Below are positions 23,982-36,289 of a DNA stretch of 64,000 nt, in pieces. The position numbers and the translations under genes were made by a program. The DNA is from Octopus sinensis (lineage: Eukaryota), in assembly GCF_006345805.1 (NCBI RefSeq), contig NC_042997.1:164424001-164488000 (forward strand). The letters are read 5' to 3'. How positions within the stretch are numbered: the stretch's first letter is position 1; every line of letters begins with the position of its first letter. The notes beneath the pieces are model-generated. The model had not been told where the DNA came from, searched no databases, and was given only the letters and a program-made list of their open reading frames with translations.

Positions 23982-26900
23982 CTGCAAAAAGACAAAAGCA
24001 ACAATCAAACCTTTAACACCTTGTAAATTTATACCTGCAGATTTAGCTAAATGTAATCACTATGACATTGGAATAAAAAGCTCTTGAAGAATCAGTGGTG
24101 CTGACAGTTCAGTTTATCATTTACAGAGAGCAAAAGGAGATGGGAGAAATGAAAATGACAAACGAACAGTTTCTAATTAGAATCACTTGACATGAAAACG
24201 TAGTAACAAGAGATATAAAATAAAAAAAATAGACATTCAGAAAATCTTATTGTTTCTTTAGAAATTTAATCAGAGTTAATTACTGTATTTTCATATATTT
24301 TGCCTTTTGAAACATGTACACAGATAAAAGATAAATGAAATTCAATTCAGTGGTTAACTCTCCAAGAGATGCTAAATACATTTATTTGTTTGAGATTCCA
24401 TCTAACTGTATTTGCAGCAAACATGACAAACATGATTGTCACAGTCATTCTACAACACACAAAACTATAAAGTAACAGCAGTTAAGGTTTCTATTGTTAA
24501 ATAACATTGTAGATCTTATGTCTGTGACAAGTTGATATATTATAGATGCACAAAACACCTAATGATCAATAGATTCACAAAAGAAACAGAAATAAAAACA
24601 ACTGTGTTAGTATAAATCATATCTAAGAGATAAAAATTTAAAAACAGGAATGACAAATTGGCATAGTAACCAAGTTACTCCAGGCTGTTCAACTACACCT
24701 ACATTAAACCACTGAACTAAATCTCCTGTTCCACTTCGAAACATTTCAAATTGCTTTTATGTAACCTTGCAGTGAACATCAACCTCAAAATAGACGGGTA
24801 TTTCTATTTACAACCCTTTCAATACACCACTGACTGAGTGACTAAGTTACTTAATGACATTTAGTCATATCTAATGGCATCCAATGACAAAGAGCTGCAG
24901 CTGTCACATTTGATAAACTATGTATTAAGGACCTGACCCAAACATTAAATATTTATGTAACAAACCAAAAAAGCAATCAAATCATTTGACATATTGTTAA
25001 CAGTGAAAGATGAAAAGTTGAACAAACACATTTTCTCTATTCTGTTTCTTCTAGAGGCAGAATTAAACCTCAATGAACTTCATAAATTGTGTAACCTAAC
25101 GAAAACAAAAACACTTTTCTGGTTGAAAACTGCTGTTATCAAGTGACAGAGAGTCTGTTGTTAGCATCTCTAGGGAGTGAGTATATCATGCTACATTTCA
25201 GACTGTGACAGGAGTGTAAATCTGTGGTTATTGAGTTATATTCTCTGCACACTCTTCATCCATTACATTTTATTTTAAATTGTGGGAATTAGAATGGCAG
25301 GATTAGGTTTCCCATATTTCTGGGAGACTGGCAGATCTAAGATCAAAGTTCGTTGCTTAGCTGTATTTCAGATTAATCACCTGTGCTGTGTAGTTTTGTT
25401 AGTAAGTTCAAAAGCAGGACTAATAAATGCTGAAATATAACACTTGTCAAAAAGACAGTCTAAATAATTGCTTTCAAACTACTGAAATAAATATATAGAT
25501 TATAAATTGGAAAAAATTAAAATATACAAACATTCTTAAGGCTTTTTGAATGCAAGGATAAAACTTTTACTTAATAAACCATTATATTCTAGGTCCATTC
25601 ATACTACACAGAGCTTTAGATAAGTATCTTCTATATCTTTGGATTGATGCCTGACAATGAAATATAGAGAGCAAATTTCTAAGGAGCCTGTTGTGTGTGT
25701 GTGTGGATAAAAATCTGTGAAATAAATATAGCATGATGTCTACTACAATGTATGTTCAATCTCTCCAAAAGCCAAACACAGCCATTTAACAAATAGAGTC
25801 TGAAATATTAAGTACCAGACTAAAGTACTGGGGTCAACATAATTGACTAAAACTATTTAAGTCAATGTCCTAATTTGGATGTAATTGAAAGATACACACC
25901 ATCAAATAATTGTATTTACTGTATTTTTCTTTAAGAAATTAAAGTGTTTGTAGAAACTTGAAAGTTAAACAGTAATTTAAGACTATTAGCATAGAGCAGG
26001 AAATGAAAGCTGAACAACAAAAAGTCAATTTATTGCTTTTATTCACCATATGGTGCAAAATAAAACAAGAATATCGTAAAATTAACAATTTATACTCTGA
26101 AACTATGAGGTGTGTGTGCAATGAAGGTTCTATTACCTGGATCAATATTATCAACAAGCTGCTAAATAACAACACTAGAAAAGGAAACTAGAACCCCACC
26201 TACCAATATATGATACAGTATTATTAAATGTAAAATCTTGTACAGAAATCAGGCTTCAATGACATCTCAAAGTTAACAGACTAGAAATCTGCAGAACTGA
26301 AAACAAGAACAGCCTCAGTATTTATGATAAACTATCAACAATACAATCCTATGCATAATTGTTTGAGATAAAAACATCTCCTAAGAATGTCCATTCCTAA
26401 GCAAAGCACCTCCAGAAAAAGAAGGGTCAGAGATAATGTATTTTTGTAGAGAAAGATATGTTCAGTTTCAGCTTTCTGTTCATGTTGCCAAGTTTATTAC
26501 CAACTGCTCTTATGAATCCTCTAACCACAAACTAGTTATGTACTGAAAAGATAAGAAACGACAACAAAAATAGCACTTCAGCATACTGATGACCAAAATA
26601 TAAAGATATGCTATGTTTTTAAGTACAGTGTAAAGAATAAATAATTGATATCTAACATTCCTAACCACTACTTTGAAATATCTTCAGCTTAAGATATTAG
26701 ACAAGAAGAATGAGGTTAACTAGATAAATGGATTATACACAATGAGAAACATGTCAAGCAAATCTATTTCATGCAATCTCGACACAACATAGGTATTTTA
26801 TAGGAATATAGCTAAGTATTTAATAACTGCTCAAGTTGTTTGCAGCAAAACACAAGTTGTTCTATAACTTATCATGCAACATATTTTTTTCTATTGTAAC

Positions 26901-26999
26901 AAAAGTGCATTTAAATTTAACTACATGAGGTCAGGCAATGCTCTGATGTATGTGCTATATCAGTGTGCATGTATGATAAAGCATTAATGTTTTAAGAGA

Positions 27000-27890
27000 A
27001 AACCTGAGTAAAAGACATTAGATGTAGTGTGCTAGAGAGAAGACTGTGCTGGCATGGCCATATAATGCATATGGATGAGGAGAGCTGCAATAAAGAAGTG
27101 CTGGTATCTAATTGTAGAGGGAACCTGTGGAAGAGGTAGACCCAGGATGACATGGGACAAAGTGATGAGAAGTGATCTTCAGATGCTGAGCCTCAAGAGT
27201 TGACAAGGAACCGGAACAACTGGTGATTTGCTGTGCATGAGAAGACGTGCGTCAAGTTAAGTAAAATCACAGCCATACAAGCATGTCCTTCATGTCCAAA
27301 CCCCCACCCTGCCTCACAATCTATCCCTTATCAAAACTCTTCCACAACCAGTCTCCCCCCCCACTCTCCTTCATGTGCCTACCCGCACACATACTACATA
27401 CTCTCACATATCTACCATAGCCCTGAGCCACTCTAATTTCTCTCACCATCACCTTTTCCCTGTCTCTAAATATCTCAACTTGCATTCTTATGGAACATCT
27501 CCATCTACCCCAGCTGTACCGCATATTCACCCACACTGTCTTGTATGTATGAACCTCACCCTCATCGCCCTCCGCTGTTTTGTATGTACGAGTTCCACCC
27601 ACATCACCAATCTGTTTCTCTGTCTGTCTCTATCTTTCTAACTATCATTTCTTTTCCTACTTGTGGTAACCAAATATCTCACAAAGCCACCTCCCTCAGG
27701 ATCACTCCCTGTCACAGCCACATAAAAGCATCCAGTACATTCTATAAAATGGTTGGCATTAGGAAGGACATCCAGCCATAGAAACCATGTCAAAGCAGAT
27801 AATGGAGCCTAGTGCAGTTCTCTGGCTTATTGGCTCTTGTTTTACTATCCAATCCATGCCAGCATGGAAAATGGATATTAAATGATGATA
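27000..27890 (+). mobile_element. Degenerate 3' portion of the same RTE-type family, plus strand
   Basis: Translates roughly as ERRLCWHGHIMHMDEESCIKKCWYLIVEGTCGRGRPRMTWDKVMRSDL, homologous to the end of ORF 21568-23088. Ends in the family 3' motif GGCATTAGGAAGGACATCCAGCC...CATGCCAGCATGGAAAATGG. Confidence 0.85.
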
Positions 27891-28659
27891 TATAAACTCA
27901 ATAACAAAATTACATTTCTGTTATATTACGTATGTTATCAAATTACTTTGCACATATAAAAAATTAAATTAGGGAATAAAAATAAACATTCAGCTTGGCA
28001 CTATCAGGAAAGCATGACCCCATCCAATATCACTAAAATTTTAAGTATTCAGTCTATTTTGTAGCAGTGGCTGTAGTGCCTAAATGCTAGTATAGCCACT
28101 GATTTGTAGACAGACATGACACCAACAAGATTAGAACTTAGCAGTGTAAAGTCACAAACAAATAATTAAAAACAGACTTGACATGAAATCTTTTAAAATC
28201 TACCTCATAAATACAAACAACTAAATTCCCTCAGGGATAATCCAACATCACAACAATAAACTCAACTATTTTTGATAAATTTTTAAATTCACGAAGGATG
28301 TTGGATTAGCCAAGATCAATGTTTTTTGCTTTCAGAGAGTAGCCTACAGCAGTGTATGTGACCATGACCGACTAAATGGCCTTGTCCAGTTGACTGTAAG
28401 CAACTAAAGCACTTAACACAGATCCACATTTTAAGACAAAGCAAACATATAGTCAAATGAATTAAGCCTAGTATATTACTTATAGATAATTTAGCCAACC
28501 TTAGAGTAGGATGGTAAAGTCAACCAAAGTAGGGTTTAAAGAAACAGTTCAATTGTTCATTCTTGAGTATTCTGACTAAAAATCTTGCTTCATCTAGTCC
28601 AGAATTTTATAACATTTGGAAGCTACAAAAGTAATTTAAACTTATAAAAAGAGTTCTGT

Positions 28660-28870
28660 AACCTTTTGATACCAACTCACCTTCGACTACTTCTAAATCT
28701 AATACAAATCTTCCTGTTTCAAAAACAATGTCCATATTTGAATTAAAACTGTCAGTGCCTTTTCTTAAGTTATGTTCCCAACAACAATTTAATTACAAAT
28801 AAGTTAATTATTTTACTAAATCTTGCCAAATTTTTTTTATTATTTTCAAAATTGATTGAAACATACAGAG
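28660..28870. mobile_element. Degenerate copy of the piggyBac-type MITE family
   Basis: ACCTTTTGATACCAAC...TTATTTTACTAAATC...TTATTTTCAAAATTGATTGAAAC resembles the reverse complement of the 36070-36289 element. Confidence 0.55.
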
Positions 28871-29599
28871 AAAATATATTTTTCAGAGAAATATACAATG
28901 AAAGCTGTATAGAAATTTAGGAATAACAATACACACTCACACAAACCCAAATATTAATGTGAGTCAAAAAGCACAACATATGGACCATTAAGTACATGTA
29001 CTAGGCTTGATACCTGGATGGGGTACCATGCTCCTGAGCAATAAACTTCATTTCACATTGTACCAATCTACTCACCTGAAACAAAAACCAGCCTAGTGCT
29101 GGTACAGCACTCTCTCCCTCTAGCTGTAAACATACTAGATATTTTGCAAGGTCAAAGTTAGAAGGGTTGAGAAAGTGTTTATGACTGCTAGTGACTATAT
29201 GGGCACCAAAAATAAGTGGTGAAAGTGTGGTCCAGCAGAACGATAGACAGGGAATAAAATAATGATTCCAAGCGAAAAATGGAACCAACTTATTAAACCC
29301 TAGAGAGGGATAGAATTAAATGTGAACAGAAATTCTCAAGTCATGCCTTAATTTAATTTTCAAATTATGTAATTTCAACACTGTCCCATTAACAAAACAC
29401 TGCAGTCCTACGATCATCATCATCATCATCATCAATCATTATCTTTTATATGACAAATGTATCATAAAAAAATATAAACTAATGTACAAAAAATTTCATT
29501 TATTATACGAAATTTTTACAGACTTTATGTAGATGCATTATTCGTTGCAAAAGATACATTTCCATTCTTTGTCTTCACCAACTCTATCATGCAAATAGT

Positions 29600-29950
29600 G
29601 TCCCATTAAATATATACATACATATACATGTATATATATACATGCATATCCATATGTGTATATATGTACATCTATATACACGTATATATACATATGTATA
29701 CATATATACACATATACACATACATATGCATCTATACATACATGTACATATATATATATACACGTATATATATATATATATATATATACATACATATATA
29801 TATACATACACACATGTATATATACATACACACATGTATATATACATACACACATGTATATATACATACCTGATTATATATACACTTTAGATGAGTTGTA
29901 GTGCACCTGAGCACTGTACACAATTATTATTATTATTATTATTATTTTAT
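29600..29950. repeat. Compound (TA/CA/TG) microsatellite with a ~20-bp higher-order unit ATATATACATACACACATGT and a (TAT)n run
   Basis: Directly visible. Source of the spurious Y/I/M-rich ORFs. Confidence 0.9.
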
Positions 29951-29975
29951 ATACACACACATGTATATATACATA

Positions 29976-32095
29976 CATCATCATCATCATCCTCCTCGTT
30001 TAACATCCGCTTTACATGCTAGTTGGATTATTTGACTGAGGACTGCCGAGCCAGATGGCTGCACAGGCTCCAGTCTGATCTAGCAGAGTTGCTACTGCTG
30101 GATGCCCTTCCTAACATCAACCACTCTGAGAGTGTAGTGGGTGCTTTTACGTGCCACCGGCACAAGGGCCAGTCAGGCGGTACTGGCAACAGCCACGATC
30201 AAATGGTGTTTTTTACGTGCCACCTTCACATGAGCCAGTTCAGCGGCACTGGCAATGACCTTGTTCGAATGTTTTTTCACATGCCACCGGAACAGGTGCC
30301 AGTAGGGCGATGCTGGTAACAATCAGGCTCAAATGGTGCTTTTTGCTTGTCACCGGCATGGAAGACACTTTGTTGCTCTGGCAACGATCACGCTCGGATG
30401 GTGCTCTTAGCACTACACTAGCATGGATGACAGTCATCGAATTTGATTTCGATTTCACTTGCCTCAACAGATCTTCGCAAGCAGAGTTTAGTGTCCAATG
30501 AAGGAAAGGTACGGATAAGTGGGCTGGTTACACCCCTGGCATCAGCCACGAGATTATGGTCTCACTTGGTCACTAGTCATTGCCTTAGTGAGGCCTAATG
30601 TTTGAAGGTCATGATTCACCACCTCATCCCAGGTCTTCATGGGTCTGCCTCTTCCACAGGTTCCCTCAACTGCTAGGGTGTGGCACTTTTTCATACAGCT
30701 ATCCTCATCCATTCTCGCCACATGATCATACTAGTGCAGTCAACTCCTTTGCACATTACATCTGATGCTTCTTAGGTCCAACTTAGGTCTCTCAAGGTAC
30801 TTACACTCTATTGAGTATGCACACTGACATTACACATCCATCGTAGCATGCTGGCTTCATTCCTCGCGAGCTTATGCATGACCTCAGCAGTCATGGCCCA
30901 TGTTTCACTGCCATGTAGCATAGCTGTTCATACACATGCGTCATACAGTCTACCTTTTACTCTGAGCGAGAGGCCCTTTGTCACCAGCAGAGGTAAGAGC
31001 TCTGAACTTTGACCTGGCAATTCTTATTCTAGCAGCTACACTTTCAGCACACTGATTTGGTCACTTAGGTAACGGAAGCTATCAACTACTACTAGTTTTT
31101 CTCCCTGGAATGTGACAGAAGCTCTTCTCTGCACATTTTCAGTGTTTATAGCACCTGAGCATATGCCACATACAAAAACTATCTCCCCAGTTAGCCTTCC
31201 TTTGATATTGCTGCACCTCTTATGTGTCCATAGCTTACACTGGGTACATCTCATTGAGTTTCTACCTACACCTTTTTTACAGATCGAGCAGGGCCATCTA
31301 CCTGAAGGGATTTGTGGTTTGTCTGCCTTCCTACTTATTAGGACTTTGGTTTTAGCTAGGTTGACTCTAAGGCCCTTCAATTCTAATCCTGAAACTTCTC
31401 TAGTTCTGATAGTGGCTCAGCAATTACAGCAAGGTCGTCAGCATAGAGGAGCTCCCAGGGGCATCCTGTCTTGAATTTCTCTGTTATTACCTGGTGGACT
31501 ATGATAAATAGGAGGGGGCTGAGGACTGAACCTTGGTGGACCCCTACCTCTACCCGGAATTCTTCACTGTACTCGCTGCCAACCCTCACCTTACTGATAG
31601 CGACCCTGTACATTGCTTGCACAGCTCTCACTAACCATTCATCTATCCCTTGTTTCCTCACTGACTACCAGATAAGGGATCAGAGGACCCTGTCAAAAGC
31701 TTTCTCCATGTCAATGAAAGCCAGGTATAGAGGTTTATCTTTGGTTAGTTATTTCTTCTGCAGCTGTCTTACCAGAAATATAGCATCAGTGGTGCTTTTC
31801 CCTGGCACGAACATAAACTGCATCTCATCTAAACAGACTCTCTCCCTAATTAGTTCGGCTATGACCCTCATTACCTGATCCAACAACTTGATACCTTTGT
31901 AGCAGTTGACTATAGTGCTGCTACACCAGTCATTGGGTATGACTCTTAATTGCTTTATCTACCAAGGTACTGTCAACTCGGATAGCTGGTCCCTCTGTTG
32001 GGTTGACATTCGGCAGACTCTCTTTCTCCCATTCATTTTCTTTATTGAGTAACCTTTCATAGTGACGTCTCCAAACCTCTCGTTTTGCAGCCTCT
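29976..32095 (-). mobile_element. RTE-type LINE, copy 2 (older; frameshifts and deletions)
   Basis: Same (ATG)n tail, RT (LYADD) and PHD finger as copy 1, split over ORFs 31036-31380 and 31383-31661. Homology continues to KEAAKREVWRRHYERLLNKENEW at about 32030-32095, then stops abruptly. Confidence 0.92.
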
Positions 32096-33409
32096 TTTAA
32101 ATCTAGTCAGTGACCCTCAGCAGGCTGTCCCGTAGAAACCTTCAGTTGTCTTCTGCATCGTGTGAAGCTATATCCCCTTCTATTTTGTCAAAGGCTTAAT
32201 CTCCACCAAGGTGTGCACACACATTGACCCCCACATGAATTCAAAATAGCCACTGCCAATAACTAAATATCCAGCACTGAGGCTCTTCCACTGCAATAAA
32301 TGAAAGCGATTTCTAAGTGTAGCATGAGATAGTTAAAGCAGTAACAGCCTCTGCACTGCACAAGCTACTGCTAAGTACTTACTACTTCCTTCATCCATTC
32401 CACTAGCCATAGTATCTGGTGCTGCACGGGTCTTAATAAATTACCATGAAACTGCAGAAACATGAGGCCTTACACATGAGAAAAGACAGAAGACTGCAAT
32501 TCCCACTCCAGCCCAGCTTCACGACCAGACTCTTTCTCTGGCTGGACTTCTCTCAGAAGAGCCTTGCTTTTCCTATAGCCAACTGTACGTTGCATGCTCC
32601 AGAGTTGGCAGTAGAGACAGACTGTTTGTATTAACACATCGAGGGAAGACAAGAAACATAGTCCTACAATGAAGTGCTACGTATTTGCCAAGGCTGAAGT
32701 GGGAACGTTATTGCCATACATGCATATAACGGGGTACACTCAAATACTTTTACTATTTTTACTCATATCAGACAGAAGCATCAGAAAAGGGCACCTGCCT
32801 CTTGACACTCTGTGGTTTTATGAAACGCTTTTGTGTGGTGCTCCTACGATGGTAAAGAGGCGGTGATTCGTTGCAGTTGCACGATAATAATGTGAAGGAA
32901 CAATATTGTCAAACAGCTGCTACAAACAGGCCATAAGAGAGGCAGGTTCAGTATCACGTATTTGAGGATAATTCTGCTGCCTTCTATATAGTCGATAACC
33001 TCAAGTATGTTTATTCATAACATTAATGTAACCAATTCAACGGAAAGGATACCAATTTACAAAATGCATGGCAGCTACGTGTTTCATGAACCTCTTGAGA
33101 GCGACATTCCAGCTGATGACCATTAACCTCATTCAACTGGGAGCAAACTATTGCTCAAACACTTCCCTCATAGGACACACTGAAATTGTTCAACTTGTCC
33201 TCTTCCTACGCGCTTATCTGTGTGCTTCATTCTATGGCATCATTCACAAGTGTATGGTTCTAATCTGCGCTGGGCTGAGGAGTAAGGTGTTGAAATCAGA
33301 CGAGCATTGCGCAAACACGATAGCCAAGGTAGGGCTCCAAACATACATCTTTCCGCAGTTGAATGGTAATTTATTAAGACCTGTGCAATGCTGGATACTG
33401 CTGCTAGTA

Positions 33410-33768
33410 CATGATAATGCACCAATCCAAACATCTAAAGTTGTTACTGAATGGCATGAGGAACATTCTAGTGAAGTTGAGCATCTTATCTGGCCACCAC
33501 AGTCCTCAGATCTCAATATTATTGAATATTTATGGTGCATTTTAGAAAAACAAGTGAGGAGTCGATATCCTCCACTATCATCACCACAAGAACTGGAAAC
33601 TGTTCTAACTGAAGAATGGAAAAAATTCCTTTGAAAACAATTCAAACTTTGTACCAGTCTATACCTTCTAGAATTCAAGCTGTAATTACTGCCAAAGGCT
33701 GTCTATCCGATATTAAAATTAATTTGTTTGAAATTTTAAGGTGTTTCCATTATTTTATCCAACCCCTG
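33410..33768 (+). mobile_element. 3' part of a Tc1-like transposon with D36E catalytic spacing (Incomer-like)
   Basis: HDNAPIQTSKVVTEWHEEHSSEVEHLIWPPQSSDLNIIEYLW has 36 residues between D and E. After a 1-nt deletion the frame continues IPLKTIQTLYQSIPSRIQAVITAKG. Right end GTGTTTCCATTATTTTATCCAACCCCTG followed by TA. No matching left end found. Confidence 0.85.
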
Positions 33769-34280
33769 TATATATAAAGCATGGATGTGGCTGTGTGATA
33801 AGAAGTTTGCTTCCTAACCACACAGTTCCAGGTTTTGTTGCACTGCAAGGCACCTTAGGCAAGTCTCTCCTACTTGTCCCAGTCCAACTAAAATTCTGCG
33901 AATGGATTTGGTAAATGGTAACTGGAAGAGTCCTATCATATGTGTACATGTGTGTGTATGTATCAGTTTGTTCCCATTACTGCTTAACAACCTGTGTTGG
34001 TTTGTTTACATCCTCGTAGCTTTAAAGAAAATAAGTACTGGTTCAATTTGTTAGACTCCTTCAAAGTGGTGCCTACAGTTCAATCAATGACTGAAAGAAG
34101 TAAACAATAAATGATATATATGAATTAAACACTACTTAAATATTATAAACCTTAGAAAAAAAAATGTTAAAATTTAAATTTTACTTTAAGTTTCATGAAA
34201 ATCACTGACTTTGCAACAGCTTTGATAGGGTTTATTTTTAGAAAAAGAGTATTTATGTTCCATGCTATAATCAACTTTAA

Positions 34281-34385
34281 CCCTTTCATTACCAGCCTGG
34301 CTGAAACTGGCTCTGAGTACTAATGTCTTGTTTTCATAAATTTTAAATTAAAATTTATGTTCCTAACACTAGCTTAATGATAAAA
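34281..34385. mobile_element. Partial piggyBac-type MITE (one end), inverted relative to 36070-36289
   Basis: TTAA at 34277-34280, then CCCTTTCATTACCAGCCTGGCTGAAACTGGCTCTGAGTAC, close to the reverse complement of 36240-36289. Confidence 0.8.
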
Positions 34386-34404
34386 AGAAAAATTATGTTA
34401 AACA

Positions 34405-36033
34405 GTGTATGTCTCAGTATTAAACTACATTATTTCCTTTCTTTCCTGGCAAGACACATTCATTCCCTCAACTTCATTTTAAGAAAGAAAAAAATACAAA
34501 AAATAAATTTTGTCTAAAAAAATTGTCTTTTTTTTTTTTTTGTTAATCCATCAAACCATGCTAGTTTACAGAAATATGTTGAACAGTATATAAATCTGTA
34601 TGTATTGTCAAAGGATGAAAACACAGTGGTAAACCAGTGAGTGGTTAGAAATCTATAACCGATGAGTATTATTCACCAGTAAAATGAAAAACAAATCAAT
34701 AACTAGAGTTAACAAATCAGTTGGCTCCATTTCCTGTATTCAGACCAATTAGTGCCCTTAATTTCACCACAATCCTGGGGAACAGGTTTAGCATGATTCC
34801 AAGGAGTACCTAGTAACTAACTATAGCTCTTGCTTGATATAACGAAGACAAGTTTCATGTATGTATGTTATATGACAAATGCATTATGTGAGTATGCATG
34901 TTTCCTAAGTGTTATTGGTATAGTAAAAAAATTTAACTATTGGAAACACAGTATGCATAATTGCATCTTGGCTAATGTTCTGAGATGAGTTTTAAAATCT
35001 AATTGTATCTGTGTATTTTGAAAAACCTAAAAGTTACTGACACACACTTTTACTAATTTATTAGACTGATTATATATATATATATATATATCAAGATGGA
35101 ACCTTAAAATATGTACTTCTGTTGAAATATATCAAGTTACAATCTGTTGCCACCCAGCCTACCAGTCACACACACACCTAAGCAAAAATAAATTAACTGC
35201 ATGACCATAAATATGTATCTTATTTTTATTAGACTGGCACCTAGAAGGTATGAGAGTAAGATGTCCATCCACCTCAAACGTTGAGAAGTGAACACAGAGT
35301 ATTTACATCTCAACATCAGCATTGATTGACCAGAATCTTATGAGTGAAATTTAGCAAAGTGGAACTTATGTGTGAAAGACCAACAGATGAATTACCATAT
35401 CACTGTCACTAGAATTTCAATTGAGAATTTAGCTAAGGGTACACCCTGGAGTATTCAGCCACTAAAACCAGCAGATTCAGCTGACAGGACAATTGAATAC
35501 TCATTGTCCTTTAAACCCATAGGTCCATCTCCTTACATTTAGTAAATACAAAAATAATATCGATGCTGTAAAATTAGCTTCAGTTAACTATGTAGGAATT
35601 ATTTCTACTCAATGTTTGACTAGGTTAGAGGTAGGTAGAACATTTAAACTATAAAACAATTGCTCGGAACAGTTTAGATGCAAAGACACAAATCTGGAGA
35701 AGTAACCAATCTATTTTAGCAGAAAAGAAAAGAAAATCATTAAAAGCTAAAATATTATTAAGAACCTTTAGAGTAAAAGGTCATAAACCTCTTTACAGAA
35801 ACCAATTCAAAACCCTAAGCAATGATTTTGCTAGTCCAGAAATAAAACTAAAGACCAAAATATCTCAGTATTAAATTACATTGTTATTTTCTCTTTCTCT
35901 TGGCAAGATATATTCATTCCCTCAACCACATTTTAAGAAAGAAAGAAAAAATACAGAAAAGAAATTTTGTTTAGAAAATTCAGTCTCTCAATTTGCTAAT
36001 CCATCAAACTTGTGCTAGTTTACAGAAATATAC
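34405..36033. repeat. Dispersed local direct duplication of about 170 bp (34405-34580 and 35864-36033)
   Basis: Both contain CAGTATTAAA.TACAT...GGCAAGA.A.ATTCATTCCCTCAAC...TTTTAAGAAAGAAA...TAATCCATCAAAC...GCTAGTTTACAGAAATAT. Confidence 0.85.
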
Positions 36034-36069
36034 AATTTTTAAGGACTGCATCTGCCTGCAATCCTTTAA

Positions 36070-36289
36070 CCCTTTCATTACTGTATTTATTTTGAGATGC
36101 TCTGTGTTTCTTTCAATTACTTTAAATATAACAAAGAATTTAGTAAAATAACTTAATTATCATTCAGCTTGTGTTAGGAACATAAATTTTGACTAAGGTT
36201 TGGTGGAAGATTTTAATTCAAAACTTATGAAAACAAGACATTTGTACTCAGAGCCATAGCCAGTTTCAGCCGAGTTGGTAATGAAAGGG
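36070..36289. mobile_element. Complete 220-bp piggyBac-type MITE
   Basis: TTAA|CCCTTTCATTAC ... GTAATGAAAGGG|TTAA: TTAA target duplication and CCC-starting TIRs, no ORF. Confidence 0.9.

Noticed and set aside
23982-24000. Possible 5-aa T-box insertion through an alternative acceptor, as in gastropod RXR isoforms
   Set aside because: No AG 15 nt upstream of the used acceptor, so this route is unavailable here.
28675-28700. 12- or 18-nt in-frame micro-exon candidate (TAG|AAGTAGTCGAAG|GTGAGT)
   Set aside because: Lies in a degenerate MITE and has no polypyrimidine tract; likely chance.
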